DNA of 64,000 bases from assembly GCA_951406725.2 (NCBI GenBank), contig OX597816.1:165416001-165480000 (forward strand), written 5' to 3'. The first letter of the stretch is position 1, and every line of letters begins with the position of its first letter. The notes beneath the pieces are model-generated. The model did not search any database. It was not told where the DNA came from and saw only the letters and a list, made by a program, of their open reading frames with translations. This DNA comes from Octopus vulgaris (lineage: Eukaryota). This document shows positions 11,195-23,455 of the stretch, piece by piece. The translations under genes were made by a program, and so were the position numbers.

Positions 11195-11512
11195 TCTTTT
11201 ACTTGTTTCAGTCATTTGACTGCGGCCATGCTGGAGCACCGCCTTTAGTCGAGCAAATCGACCCCAGGACTTATTCTTTGGAAGCCTAGTACTTATTCTA
11301 TCGGTCTCCTTTTACCGAACCGCTAAGTTACGGGGACGTAAACACACCAGCATCGGTTGTCAAGCGATGCTGGGTGGGGGGGGGACTAACACAGACACAC
11401 AAATATATACACACACATACATATATACGACGGGATTCTTTCAGTTTCCGTCTACCAAATCCACTCACAAGGCTTTGGTCAGTCCGAGGCTATAGTAGAA
11501 GACACCTGCGCC
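11195..11512 (-). mobile_element. SINE family 1, head deleted
   Basis: High identity to 23011-23428. Confidence 0.9.
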
Positions 11513-13054
11513 TGTGTGTGTGTGTGTATATATATATAGTGTAACAATAAATGACGGTAATACTTATATACTATGCAGTACGTATATAAAAAGCAGTACC
11601 GTGTTTACAATGATGGAATGTCTACATGGTCGCAGGGACTGCTAGAAATGATAGCTAAATCTCCCTGAAATTAAAGGCAGTCTTCTTAAGCATGGTACTA
11701 AACCGAGTGTGTTTAGAAACGGAATACTTTGCGTTACAAGTTTGCTTGATTAAAGTTCAGACTGTGTGCCTATATAATGTATAACGAATACACACACACA
11801 CACTGTTTATGATTAAAGGTAAAAAACAAAACATCTAATCTGTAAGGAAAGTTTGCTAAACTTGAGATTTATGTATGTATGTGTGTGTATGTATTTATCT
11901 ATCTATCCAATACCGCATACATGTACATGTTTAACGCATTAACAATTTCAGCTATGCTGTACTTATTGACAGCAACACGGCAAGCTTGATGCATATGCGT
12001 ACATAGTGTTCCCATATTTTTATATATACATATACACATGTAAAAATATACTTATATATTTTTACGCAAATATACTTGAGAATGTCTCTCAAGTTCAGCC
12101 TTGACGAGTATCTTTCTTGACGAACAGAGACACTATTTATAAACATATGCGTCAATAACGATTTGGAAAACGAAAGGAGAAAAAAAAGCAACAAAATATA
12201 TGCATGGTTGCGCGTACACATGTAAACCGTCATCCCAGGGGACAACAAACAAGCATTTATAGCATTAATGCATCTCAAGAAGTACCTAAAATTTGGGCCC
12301 TTAAGGAGTTACTTCCCATTAGGAAATCTGTCCCCCAGAAAATTTGGACAAACAATTAAAGACGAAGGGGAGAAAATAATGATCTCGATAAACCCCTTTT
12401 GAGGATAGACGGCCGTGTTGCTTCAATCAATTTTCCTTAAGAGAAACTTTGCAACAATTTAGTAAAATTGTCTGTCTGTCTATCTATCAATCTATCTATA
12501 TGTGTATCTATCTTACTTGTGCGGCTATAATATCGTTGTTGACCAACTAGGATCTCTATCATTCGTATTGTATTATAGATATGACAGTAGGTACAATTTA
12601 AAAGTAACGTGGGTCCTGAACTGGATAATAACGTCCGCTTGGTAGCATTGTGACTTCACAAGGATTAATTCTTTTACAAGGAAATGATTTTTCTTAGAAT
12701 GTCTTTAATAATTCCCATTAAAGCATAGCGTAACAGACACTAGTTAACATGAATATTTAAAAATAGGCACATGCTGGTAAGGACAATATGAGAAAATATG
12801 GATAAGAAGCCACTGCATAAAATTAGCTGCTGTTTGATTAAAACAACTGCGTCTCCGGCCCCACTTTGTACACAACATTGTAACGGTGATGTAGGTGGGG
12901 CATTTGTACAACACCAGTTAGAGGGAGAAGTACTGAGCAAAAAAAAAAAAAAAAAAAAAGGGTGGGGGTAGATTACTCAGCTTCAGTACGAAGTCTCAAA
13001 TGAGTTGATATTAACCCTTTTGTTACGGCTTTTCTGCTGAAAGACAGTGACATA

Positions 13055-13470
13055 AGGCGGCGAGCTGGCGGAAACGTTAGCACGCCGGGCGAAATGCCTA
13101 GCGGTATTTCGTCTGCCGTTACGTTCTGAGTTCAAATTCTGCCAAGGTCGACTTTGCCTTTCATCCTTTCGGAGTCGATAAATTAAGTACCAGTTGCGCA
13201 CTGGGGTCGATGTAATCGACTTAATACCTATGTCTGTCCTTGTTTGTCCGCTCTTTGTTTAGCCCCTTGTGGGTAATAAAGAAATAGGTATTTCGTCTGC
13301 CGTTACGTTCTGAGTTCAAATTCTGCCAAGGTCGAGTTTGCCGTTCATCCTTTCGGGGTCGATTAAATAAGTACCAGTTACGCACTGGAGTCGATGTAAT
13401 CGACTTAATCTGTTTGTCTGTCCTTGTTTGTCCTCTCTGTGTTTAGCCCCTTGTGGGTAGTAAAGAAATA
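13055..13470 (+). mobile_element. SINE family 2 tandem dimer bounded by one 16-bp TSD
   Basis: Full copy 13055-13287 plus a 5'-truncated second copy. TSD GAAAGACAGTGACATA (13039-13054) / GAAATACAGTGCCATA (13471-13486). Inserted in a TTAACCCTTT MITE starting at 13011. Confidence 0.85.
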
Positions 13471-13635
13471 GAAATACAGTGCCATAGTAAAATCATTTTG
13501 TCGTGATTCATCTAGAACAAAGGTTCTCAACCAGTGTCCATATAAGATTTTAAAAATTTAACTGCAATAAATTGGTTATGCCCCTACAATACACAGAACA
13601 ATTTAACAATTTTCTTATAAAAAACCTAGAAATAT

Positions 13636-13880
13636 CATCATCATCATCGTTTAACGTCCGTTCTCCATGCTAGCATGGGTTGGACGGTTCAACCGGGGAT
13701 CTGGGAAGCCAGAAGGCTGCACCAGGCTCCAGTCTTATCTGGCAAAGTTTCTACAGCTGGATGCCCTTCCTAACGCCAACCACTCCGAGAGTGTAGTGGT
13801 TGGCGTTAGGAAGGGCATCCAGCTGTAGAAACTTTGCCAGATAAGACCGGAGCCTGGTGCAGCCTTCTGGCTTCCCAGAT
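13636..13880 (-). mobile_element. (GAT)n-tailed RTE-related non-autonomous element with an 86-bp fold-back inverted duplication
   Basis: Tail GGACGTTAAACGATGATG on the minus strand and the GGTTGGCGTTAGGAAGGGCATCC motif. Arms at 13699-13784 and 13795-13880. Confidence 0.85.
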
Positions 13881-14099
13881 ATATAATAAAATATAAAATC
13901 AAAAATGTGTAACAGATTTTTTTTTTAGAACATGTGAAATGTAACCCCAGAACAATTACCAATATTGGTGTTGTGAGGATCCATCCAAGTTAGATAGGAA
14001 TCAAAAGGTAACACATGATTGAAACACAGGATTCTCATTCACAAAACTTCAAAGCATGAAGTTTGTGTCATAGAACCAGGGGCAGTGTCAAGTTGTTAA

Positions 14100-14493
14100 T
14101 CTCTATATATATAAAGCTGAAGTTGTCTGTGTATGGCAGGTTTGGTAGCCTTCAACTAACACTATCTCCTCCGAGACCTTGCGGCGCAAGTTGACCAAAA
14201 TTGAGAGTATGATAGAAGAAGGCTTGCTCTTCCTTCTATAGAAGAAACAATTCAAATCAGACCATGTTAACACCCAAAATTATTTACATCAAAAAGGTGC
14301 TTTTTTTTTCTACGAAAATCCCCATTTTTAACGATTTTTTGACTACTGTGTCACCATTTCTCGGTGTATTTCAACCAGAAAAATGTTCACTTAAAGAGAA
14401 TAACAAGCTACATAATGCAAAATTTTTACTTTTCAAAAATTCCAATTCTAAAGGGTCGAAACAAACCTGAGCAACGCCAGGCGATACTGCTAG
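14100..14493 (+). mobile_element. Non-autonomous Helitron (394 bp)
   Basis: A|TC 5' end (TCTCTATATATATAAAG), CTAG|T 3' end, subterminal hairpin CCTGAGCAACGCCAGG, and no TSD: the canonical Helitron signature. Confidence 0.85.
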
Positions 14494-15196
14494 TGTTTCA
14501 TAAAACAGATGACTGACTGAATGTCAGTCTTCTGTTCAGCTATCTTATCACCATGTTTTGCAACCTCATTTTACATTATTCCAGTTCACACAGTTAACTC
14601 CGCAGCATAACTTCATCATTACTATTCTGGCAAGAAACAACTGTAAGAATACATCTCACTCCATTTCTTCAATAACCACATGCCATCTTGCTCTCAAGAA
14701 TCAGCAGGAAATTACTTTCTGAATTCTTCATTAGTCGTTTTTGATACCAGCCCACCTGATACCACTCAAAGTTTTATGATACCAATTTCATTTCAACACC
14801 AGTGGTTGTCACAAACTTTACAGAACTGCCATATATGCACCATTGGTAGCATATTTTTGCAATTTGGGAAATTATTCTATTCTTTATCTTTCATATGGTT
14901 TCAAGGATATTTAAATAACATGAGTGCCAAATATGATATTTTACATTAATGAAGTTTGTGTCATAAAACCAGAGGCAGTCTTGAGTCAGCAGGAATCTAA
15001 AGTTTAATTATGAAATATTGTAAAAGTACAAAAAAAAAAATTACACTTCCTTGTAATTAAAGCATATGCTGTGTGACCAGAAATACATATTATCACTATT
15101 AAGGTCTAGTAACAGACCATGGCAGTTAATGTGTTAAAGTAATCTAAATCAAAAATTTCATGTTAATTTGTTCTAAATATTAGCTTCATAATGATA

Positions 15197-15553
15197 TTAG
15201 CTTTGGTGTTGGAGAAGACTTTTATGGATTCCATGGACAGCGAGGCTCACCAATGGAGAAGTTCTTAACTAGATCAAGCCGAAACTTGCTGGAAGCTAGA
15301 ATCACCAAGCATAGATTGGCATATTTTGGTCATATTATGCGGAGAAAATCCCTGGATAAGGACATCATGCTTGGAATGGTCAGTGGCAAGAGAGGAAGAG
15401 GTCGACCAAGAACCTGCTGGCTTGACACCATCAAGAGTGACACAGGAATGGCTGTAGCCAATCTGAAAGAAGCAACCCAGGATAGAACTGGCTGGAGAAC
15501 ACTGATCCATTGAGTAACCGAGAGTCGACTTCGACAGAGCAGATAGAAGAGAG
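15197..15553 (+). mobile_element. 3' fragment of an RTE (BovB-like) LINE
   Basis: Translates as WCWRRLLWIPWTAR...LEARITKHRLAYFGHIMRRKSLDKDIMLGMVSGKRGRGRPRTCWLD...QDRTGWR, the RTE ORF C-terminus. TSD AATGATA at 15190-15196 and 15554-15560. Confidence 0.9.
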
Positions 15554-15989
15554 AATGATAGTTGCTGTAAATTCTACATTATTTTTGAAAATTAATTGAA
15601 GCAAGACAGTATTTCAACAGGAATATGGTACAAGATGGTTAATGATTTTGTTTCTAGCTGAGACTGTTCAACATTTTTCAACTGAGCCAAACATGGACCC
15701 TAATTGAAACTGAGTCTGTCTTACTAAAGGTTTCAAAAAACATGCCCAGGTCATTCTCAGGGGTCCTGGCTACACATATGTTGTTCAACAGATTGGGAGA
15801 TTGCAACCTCTTGTGGAAACAAATTGGGAGTTGGTGATAAGAAGGGCACCCAGCCATAGAAAACCACCCCATACAAGAATGGAAAAGTGACCATTAATCA
15901 AATGATTATGATGATAATGATGGTCTCAGGCATGTTTGTACCAAAAGGGTTAAAAGATAGAAAGAAGTTTGAGGAAACTCTTTAGTAAG

Positions 15990-16275
15990 AGTCTTCTAGT
16001 ATAGCCCCAGGCACACCAAAATCTTGTGAGTGGATTTGGTAGACAGAAATTGAAAGAAGTTTATCATGTATGTGTATATCAGTGTCATCACTATCCCACC
16101 ACTTGATATCTAGTGTAGGTTTGTTTAGCTGAGCGGTTCACTAAAAGAAAGCAACAAAATAAGTACTAGACTTACAAAATAACCCAAGTAACAGGGTCAA
16201 TTTGTTAGACTAAAATCCTTCAGGGCACAACCCCAGGATGGCTACAGTCCAATGACTGAAACAAGTTAAAGATAG
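15990..16275 (+). mobile_element. SINE family 1, decayed
   Basis: GTGAGTGGATTTGGTAGAC and GACTGAAACAAG motifs. Confidence 0.75.
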
Positions 16276-16704
16276 AAGATATCTACAAAGAAATGGAATA
16301 CTAACAGTGAAATATACTTTACGGTGCATGGAACAAAAAAATAAGTAACATATCAGACATTTATTTGCCCTCGTTGTAGGAAAATAACAGTCTTATCATT
16401 CGGCTACATTTGGATAACTTCCTACCACTGCACGGAATCACTGTTTGCCTTATTTTCTGCTGCTTTGGCATTATGAAGGAACGGCATTGCTCTGTAATGA
16501 GTAATAAGGAGAACTTATCATTGGAAATGAAATTCTATCCGTAAAATGCTTCAGCAAACTTGCTCCGATTACAAAGCCACTCCTGCTTAATCACAAAACA
16601 GATCAATATGTTACATGTGAAGAAAACAGAAGCAACACTACTGCATTATTAATTTTTCTCTTGAACAACGCCAGACAGATTCTGGAAAGGAATATATGAT
16701 AATT

Positions 16705-17220
16705 TTTACTTGCTTCAAGTCAATTGACTGTGGCAACACTGGGGCACTGCCTTGAAGAAATCTCAGTCAAACAAAATGACCTTAGAGAAAAAAAAAAAAA
16801 AAAAACTTTATTCTAGCGTTCTCTTTCATTGAACCATTAAGTTACAGGGGACATAAACAAACCAACACAAGTTGTCAAGTAGAGGTGGAGGTTAAAAAGG
16901 CTGCAAGCTGGCAGAAACGTTAGCACGCTTGGTGAGATGCTTAGCAGTATTTCGTCTGTCTTTATGTTCTGAGTTCAAATTCCACCGAGGTCGACTTTGC
17001 CTTTCATCCTTTCGGGGTCGATAAATTAAGTACCAGTTATGCACTGGGGTCGATATAATCGACTTAATCCATTTGTCTGTCCTTGTTTGTCCTCTCTGTG
17101 TTTAGCCCCTTGTGGGTAGCAAAGAAATAGGTGGGGAACAAAAACAGAAGACACACACATAAAGAGAAAGAGATAAACAGATATACAATAGGCTTCTTTC
17201 AGTTTCCAGCCACCAAATCT
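16705..17220. mobile_element. SINE family 1 (minus) interrupted by SINE family 2 (plus, ~16898-17130)
   Basis: Family 1 motifs resume on both sides of a complete family 2 copy. Confidence 0.8.
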
Positions 17221-17576
17221 AGACACACACACACACACACACAGAGGCTCATCTAAAAGAAATATCTATTCTAGTGCTATTGATTACTTTTATAATAAGA
17301 TGTTGATTAGGTGTTTGTAGAGAAGTTAGCCATTGTCCATGCATCGATGGTTGTGTGTCTACATCAATAAAATATTTATTACTGGATTCGATACATAGAA
17401 AAGTCAGACTACATACAACCTCATATGAAATTCTATACGAAAGGCTTGAACCACTTCAGTTCCAATGCTGACACCACCCACCACCACCACACACTCTCCA
17501 TGTTCTCAAAGAACCACAATTTCCGTCTCCACAATGGGCGAAGAAATACACTAATTAATATTGAATAATACTAAAA

Positions 17577-17795
17577 CGGTGAGCTGGTAGAATCATTAGC
17601 ATGCCAGGCAATATGCTTAGTTGCATTTTGTCTGTATTTACAGTCTGAGTTCAAATCCCACCAAGGTTGACTTTGTCTTCCATCCTTTCAGGGTTCCATA
17701 AAATAAGTACCAGTTGAGCACTGGGGTTGATGCAATCAATTTACACCCAGTACCTCCAAAATTGCTGGCCTTGTGCCAAAATTTGCAACCAATAT
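17577..17795 (+). mobile_element. SINE family 2, older copy
   Basis: Head, core and GGCCTTGTGCCAAAATTTG tail. Confidence 0.8.
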
Positions 17796-18754
17796 TGAAT
17801 AATGCTATGACCATTTCCATGCTCTCAAAATATGATTTAACACATAGGAAAGATTCCAAAGCTATTAGGTTGTCCCAAAAGTTCGTAAACACTTGCGAAA
17901 ATTGAATTTTTACTCGCCAAGTACTAACAAAAACAACAAAAATTATTCCTCAAAATAAAGACCATTATTTTCCAAGACTTTCTACGAACTTTTGGGACAA
18001 CCTTATATTTGGTAAAAAATAACTGAGAAATATGGAGTTACATTAATATCTCTCCTTATGATTCTTTAATGACACAAGGTACAATTAGGGTCAGCATCAT
18101 TGTTTAACATCCGCTTTCTGTCAGTTACTATCTACCAAATCCACTCACAAGATTTTGGTTAGTCTGAGGATATAGTAGAAGACACTTGCCCAAGGTGCCA
18201 TAGTGGGATTGAACCTGGAGCCATGCAGTTGGGAAGCAATTTGCTTACCACTAAGCCATGCCTGCATCTATATTAGCTGATAATATTTCAGTAACTAAGC
18301 TGAATATCGTAAATGTTTGCCATGTAATTTGTAAAGGCCGCATAAAAATCCATTAGAAGCTGGAACGTCAATATATGTAGCATCAATTGTTAACAGCTTG
18401 AGCAAATCAAAGAAACGTCCATTGAAGTCGGGCATTAAGACTGTAGGAGAGATGGAGGTTGTAGCTCCAGAGAAGTTTACCCATAACAGAAAAATATCCT
18501 CTTTTAAACAATATCACTTCAATATTCTCCACGGAAACTTCAAAGAATCAATAAGAGCCGCTCATATAAAAAGATTATACTTCGTAGGCTGTATTGAATG
18601 ATCAAAAGAACAGATATTGAGAGGAAGGTTTTAAGGTCTATAAAAATAAACAGCAGATGAGAAATACTGTTAGGAAAGAAAAGAATAAAAACAATCCCAA
18701 AATCTTTCAATAAGTTGCAGTTCTAGAACATTCAAATACAGGTTTCCACACGCA

Positions 18755-18975
18755 AAGGCATCACTTATGATAGCTCTAGTCTTTAATCACCACATGTCTA
18801 GTCTTTAATCACCTCAGTTTTAGTCATTAATCACATGTGTAACTCGCTCAGAAAAGAACTAGTCATCAGTCATCACAGCTCTCTTCATCAATCATCATAC
18901 CTCCAGACATTACTCACAACAGCTCTAGTCATCACTCGCCACTCACCTAGCAGACCTCACAGGTCTAGGCACCAA
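18755..18975. repeat. Degenerate ~22-bp minisatellite (TCTAGTCATCACTCACCACAGC-like)
   Basis: About 9 imperfect units starting TCTAGTC or variants. Confidence 0.6.
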
Positions 18976-19409
18976 TCGATAATTACTCCCCCAAACTTAC
19001 GCAAATTCTAAGGAATTTTAATGGGACTAATTTATTCAGTTACTATCTAACTTACATTAATCATTAGTCAATTACTCATTTATGAAGCAAATTTAATCAT
19101 TATTTAAAGATAATCCCAGGGGAAAATGTTCACACACACACACAAAATTTTGTTTTCAAAATGAAAATATTCATGCGATAGAAATTGCTTGCACGTAATA
19201 AGTGCTTGACTAGGAAAAAAAGACAAAAATATATTTATTTGCAAAAATAATCCCTGGATATTATTTGGAAACACATGTCCAAAAAATACTGTAATATTGT
19301 GTATTGCATTATTAGACAGCTCAGATAATCTGTCAGCTTATGTGTGTGTGTGTTCACTGAACCAGAAAGAAGACAAGCCTGATATCTTCAAGAAATATCT
19401 CCATTTTAC

Positions 19410-19845
19410 TTCCAGTTTTCCATGCTGGCATGGGTGAGATGGAATTAACCGAGGAGTATTGTCTACAACTGGATGCTCTTCTTTCACCAACTCTCACTCA
19501 TTTCCAACTAAGGTAATATTTCCCCATGACCAGACATGTTTTCATAGAAGGTCAGATGTGAAGGACACCGCATGCATGATGGCCACACTGGCATACAATT
19601 ATTAAGCAATGTTCAGACGAGATACTAACACATACACAAAAGGGTTCAGTTAGCCTGGAGTTACAGTAAAAAACCCTTGTCAAAAGTGCCCAGCAGTAGA
19701 GACTGAACTCAGAACCATGTAAACTTCTTAACTACACGGCCATACTGCATCATGGGCAAGTGTCCTCTACAATAGCCTCAGGTTGCCAAAAGCCTTGTGA
19801 GTAGATTTGGTAGATGGACACTGAAAGAAGACCATTGTGTGTATC

Positions 19846-19877
<32 letters not shown>

Positions 19878-20292
19878 CATACACACACACACAGTGTCAT
19901 TGACACCTTTGGGTCTCAATGACACCATTATCTCTTATACACACACACACACATATATATATATACACACACACACATATATATACACAGACACATATAT
20001 ATATATACACACACACACATATATACACACACATATATATATATATACACACACATATATATATATAGTTGTGTGTCCATCTGTCCATGTCATGACCTTG
20101 CATGATAGACACAGAAGCAGTGTCATTCATTTCCAGTTTTCTTCTCAAGCATGTCTAGCCATGGGGGGATATATTACCTTGCTTGGAACTGATGAAAGTT
20201 GGTGACAGGAAGAGCATCCGGCTGTAGAAAATCTGCGACCCATGGAAGCATGGGAAAGTGGACACTAAAATGATGATGATGATGATGATGAA
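19410..20292. mobile_element. Two head-to-head composite SINEs: family 1 head + microsatellite + RTE-type (GAT)n tail
   Basis: Minus copy ~19410-19742; plus copy ~19750-20292 ending CATGGGAAAGTGGACACTAAAATGATGATG. Confidence 0.7.
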
Positions 20293-21937
20293 TGACTCAC
20301 ACACACAGTGTTTCCTGCATGAACTAGACAGTTTATGAGCAGATGCGATGACAAAGTTAATTACGAAACACAAAAGTTAACCCACATAATCTATTTAAAC
20401 ATTAATGATAACAATATGGTCAGTTCCCATCAGTGAAATGAATGATAAAACATTAAAGGAAGGTCAAACGGTAGCAATGAACGCTGTCAAATGTCAGCTT
20501 GTTATTTCATTAAAAACATATTAAAAGGAAAGGGTCAGATTTTTACTTGCTTTTGTTTATAATATATATATACACACACACATGGTGGGGAGGTATGGTT
20601 GTGTGGTTAAGAAGATTGCTTTGCAATCATACGGCGTCCGGTTCAGTCCCACTGCATGGCACCTTCGACAAGTGTCTTCTGCTATAACCCTGGGCAAACC
20701 AATGCTATCATCATCATCATCATTGTTTAACATCCTGGACTGGGTTGGACAGTTTGATTGAGGTCTGGAGAGCCAGTGGCTGCACCATGCTCTAATCTGA
20801 TCTGGCAATGTTTCTACAGCTGGATGCCCTTCCTAAAACCAAGAACTCTGAGAGTGTATTATGTGCCACTGGTACAGGATCCAGTCAGGTGGGCCTGACA
20901 TTGATCATGTTTGGATAGTGGTTCTAGGTTCAGTCCCGCTGCGTGGCACCTTGGACAAGTGTCTTCTATAGCCTCAAAGCCTTGTAAGTGGATTTGGTAG
21001 ACAGAAATTGAAAGCAACCCATCATATATATGTGTGTGTGTGCGTGTGTGTATCACTGACTACTGCTTGACAACTGGTGTTGGTGTGGTTATGTCCCTGT
21101 AACTTAGCAGGTCAGCTAAAGAGATTGATAAAATAAGGATCAGCTTTAAAAGAAAGTACTGGGGTTGATCCATTAAACTAAAAAATTCAAGGTGGTGCCC
21201 CAGCATAGCCATAGTCTACTGACAGAAACAAAGCAAAAATTTTTTAAAAAATACAAATTTAATCATGCGGAACTGCTTTGCATGGACCCCATCCACTAAA
21301 TTCCACTCACAAAGTGCTAACCAAACCAAGGCTACAGCAGAAGACAAAGCCAAGGGCCTAAGGTGCCACATAGAATTGAACCTCGAACCACGTGATTGTG
21401 AAGCCAAACTCGTTAACCAGACAACTATGTCATCAAAGGAGGAAATTTCCAACGGTACCGTCATGACTCGACAACTTTAATTAGTGTGATACTAACTAGC
21501 TTAACGAAGATACAGCAAATAAAACAGGTTGATAATTACTACCGTCTGCATGTTTTGACGTTGGGGTGGGGGCATCGGGTAGTGAGCTGCATGTTTTCAG
21601 TAATTAATAGGAAACGGCAATGAAATAATATATTGAATGTAGATTAAGTGCCCTAAGTTTTTACATCATCATCATCATAATCCTAATTAATGTCTTGATT
21701 TTGGTGTACAGGTTAGGCAGCTTTGTCCAGCCACATGTCTCAGATTAAGCTATCAAGTAGTTACAATCTGTCGAAGAAAGCAGGTGATAGCTTGTGTAAC
21801 TGGAGAAAAGACTTAGACGGGTGTTCATGTCTATTATTGACTGGAGTTAAATCTATGTGTGTGAGAGTATAATAATAATGATAATAATAATAATAATAAT
21901 GATTTTAAGTTTTGACACAAGGCCAGGAACATTGGAG

Positions 21938-22170
21938 AAGGCGGCGGGCCGGCAGAAACGTTAGCATGCTGAGCGAAATGCTTACTGATATTTCGTCTGC
22001 TGCTGCGTTCTGAGTTCAAATTCTACTGAGGTTGACTTTGCCTTTCATCCTTTCGGGGTCAATCAAATAAGTACCAGTTAGGCACTGGGGGCGATGTAAT
22101 TAACTTAATCTGTTTGTTTGTCCTTGTTTGTCCCCTCTGTGTGTAGCCCCTTGTGGGCAGTGAAGAAATA
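21938..22170 (+). mobile_element. SINE family 2 inserted into an older opposite-strand family 2 copy (~21900-22360)
   Basis: Perfect 13-bp TSD AGGAACATTGGAG at 21925-21937 and 22171-22183. Confidence 0.9.
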
Positions 22171-23010
22171 AGGAACATTGGAGGAGAGGGATAGTTGATT
22201 ACCTCAACCCAAGTACTCAACCAATATCTATTTTATCAACCTTGGAAAAAATGAAAGGTAAGGTCACCACAGCTAGGATTTGAACTCAGAACATGAAGAC
22301 CGATGAAATGCTACAGAGTATTTTAACCAGCATGCTAATGATTCAGCCAGCTCGCCACCTAATAATAATAATAATAGCGTTTATCATCATGATCATGATC
22401 ATCTTTAATCTTACTCCTGTTGTAAATAAAACCCAGAAATATATTTCAAACCAATAAAAATTTTTTTAAGCTCATATGATGGCAGCGATGGGAGAGAGGG
22501 AGGGAGGGAGAGAGAGAGAGAGAGAAGCATTGAAATAGATTAAGTGTCATAAAAGTAATTTTGTTGTCAGTTAATTAGCTTGAGTATGAAATCATTATAT
22601 TTGCAATAACAAGAGTGACAAAGAGAAACGTCAGGGGGTGGGTAGTATCAGGAGCTAATGAGATCAATGAATGGATGGTTGCAGTAAGAGGCAGACACAC
22701 AGACAGACAAGGTAAATCCAGTGCAACGTGGAAGTGAGTTCAAACCGGTTGGGGTTTGTAGCAAAGACGTAGAAAGATATTTAGAAAAATAAGGGGCTAT
22801 TTTAAGGGCTGAGTTGAGAATGTTGAGTACATGATCTATCACAGAACAGAATGGCAATAGTTGTGATATTGGAACTGAATGCACAGGGATACAGAGAATG
22901 GAAAATGTACATGTGTATATGGACATAAACAGGAGCCTTCTTTCAATTTTCATTCATCAAACAACCCATCCAGTGGGACTGAACTCAAAACCACTATATA
23001 TATATATATA

Positions 23011-23428
23011 TACTCTTTTACTCTTTTACTTGTTTCAGTCATTTGACTGTGGCCATGCTGGAGTATCGCCTTTTAATCGAGCAACTTGACCCCGGGACTT
23101 ATTCTTTTGTAAGCCCAGTACTTATTCTATCGGTCTCTTTTGCCGAACCGCTAAGTGACAGGGAACGTAAACACACCAGCATCGGTTGTCAAGCAATGCT
23201 AGAGGGACAAACACAGACACACAAACATATACACACACATACATACATATATATATACATATATACGACAGGCTTCTTTCAGTTTCCGTCTACCAAATCC
23301 ACTCACAAGGCATTGGTCGGCCCGGGGCTATAGCAGAAGACACTTGCCCAAGATGCCGCGCAGTGGGACTGAACCCGGAACCACGTGGCTGGTTAGCAAG
23401 CTACTTACCACACATCCACTCCTGCGCC
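23011..23428 (-). mobile_element. SINE family 1, full length, young
   Basis: GGCGCAGGAGTGG start, B-box GGTTCAGTCCC, CORE-like TTGGGCAAGTGTCTT, internal TA/TG tract, (GAGTAAAA)n tail; CpGs retained. Confidence 0.9.
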
Positions 23429-23455
23429 TATATATATATATATATATATATACAT

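Noticed and set aside
18335-18601. Unique block with open frames on both strands
   Set aside because: No recognisable protein motif or convincing splice sites.
23340-23428. tRNA genes
   Set aside because: The A/B-box sequences are SINE heads continuous with SINE bodies and do not form a proper cloverleaf.
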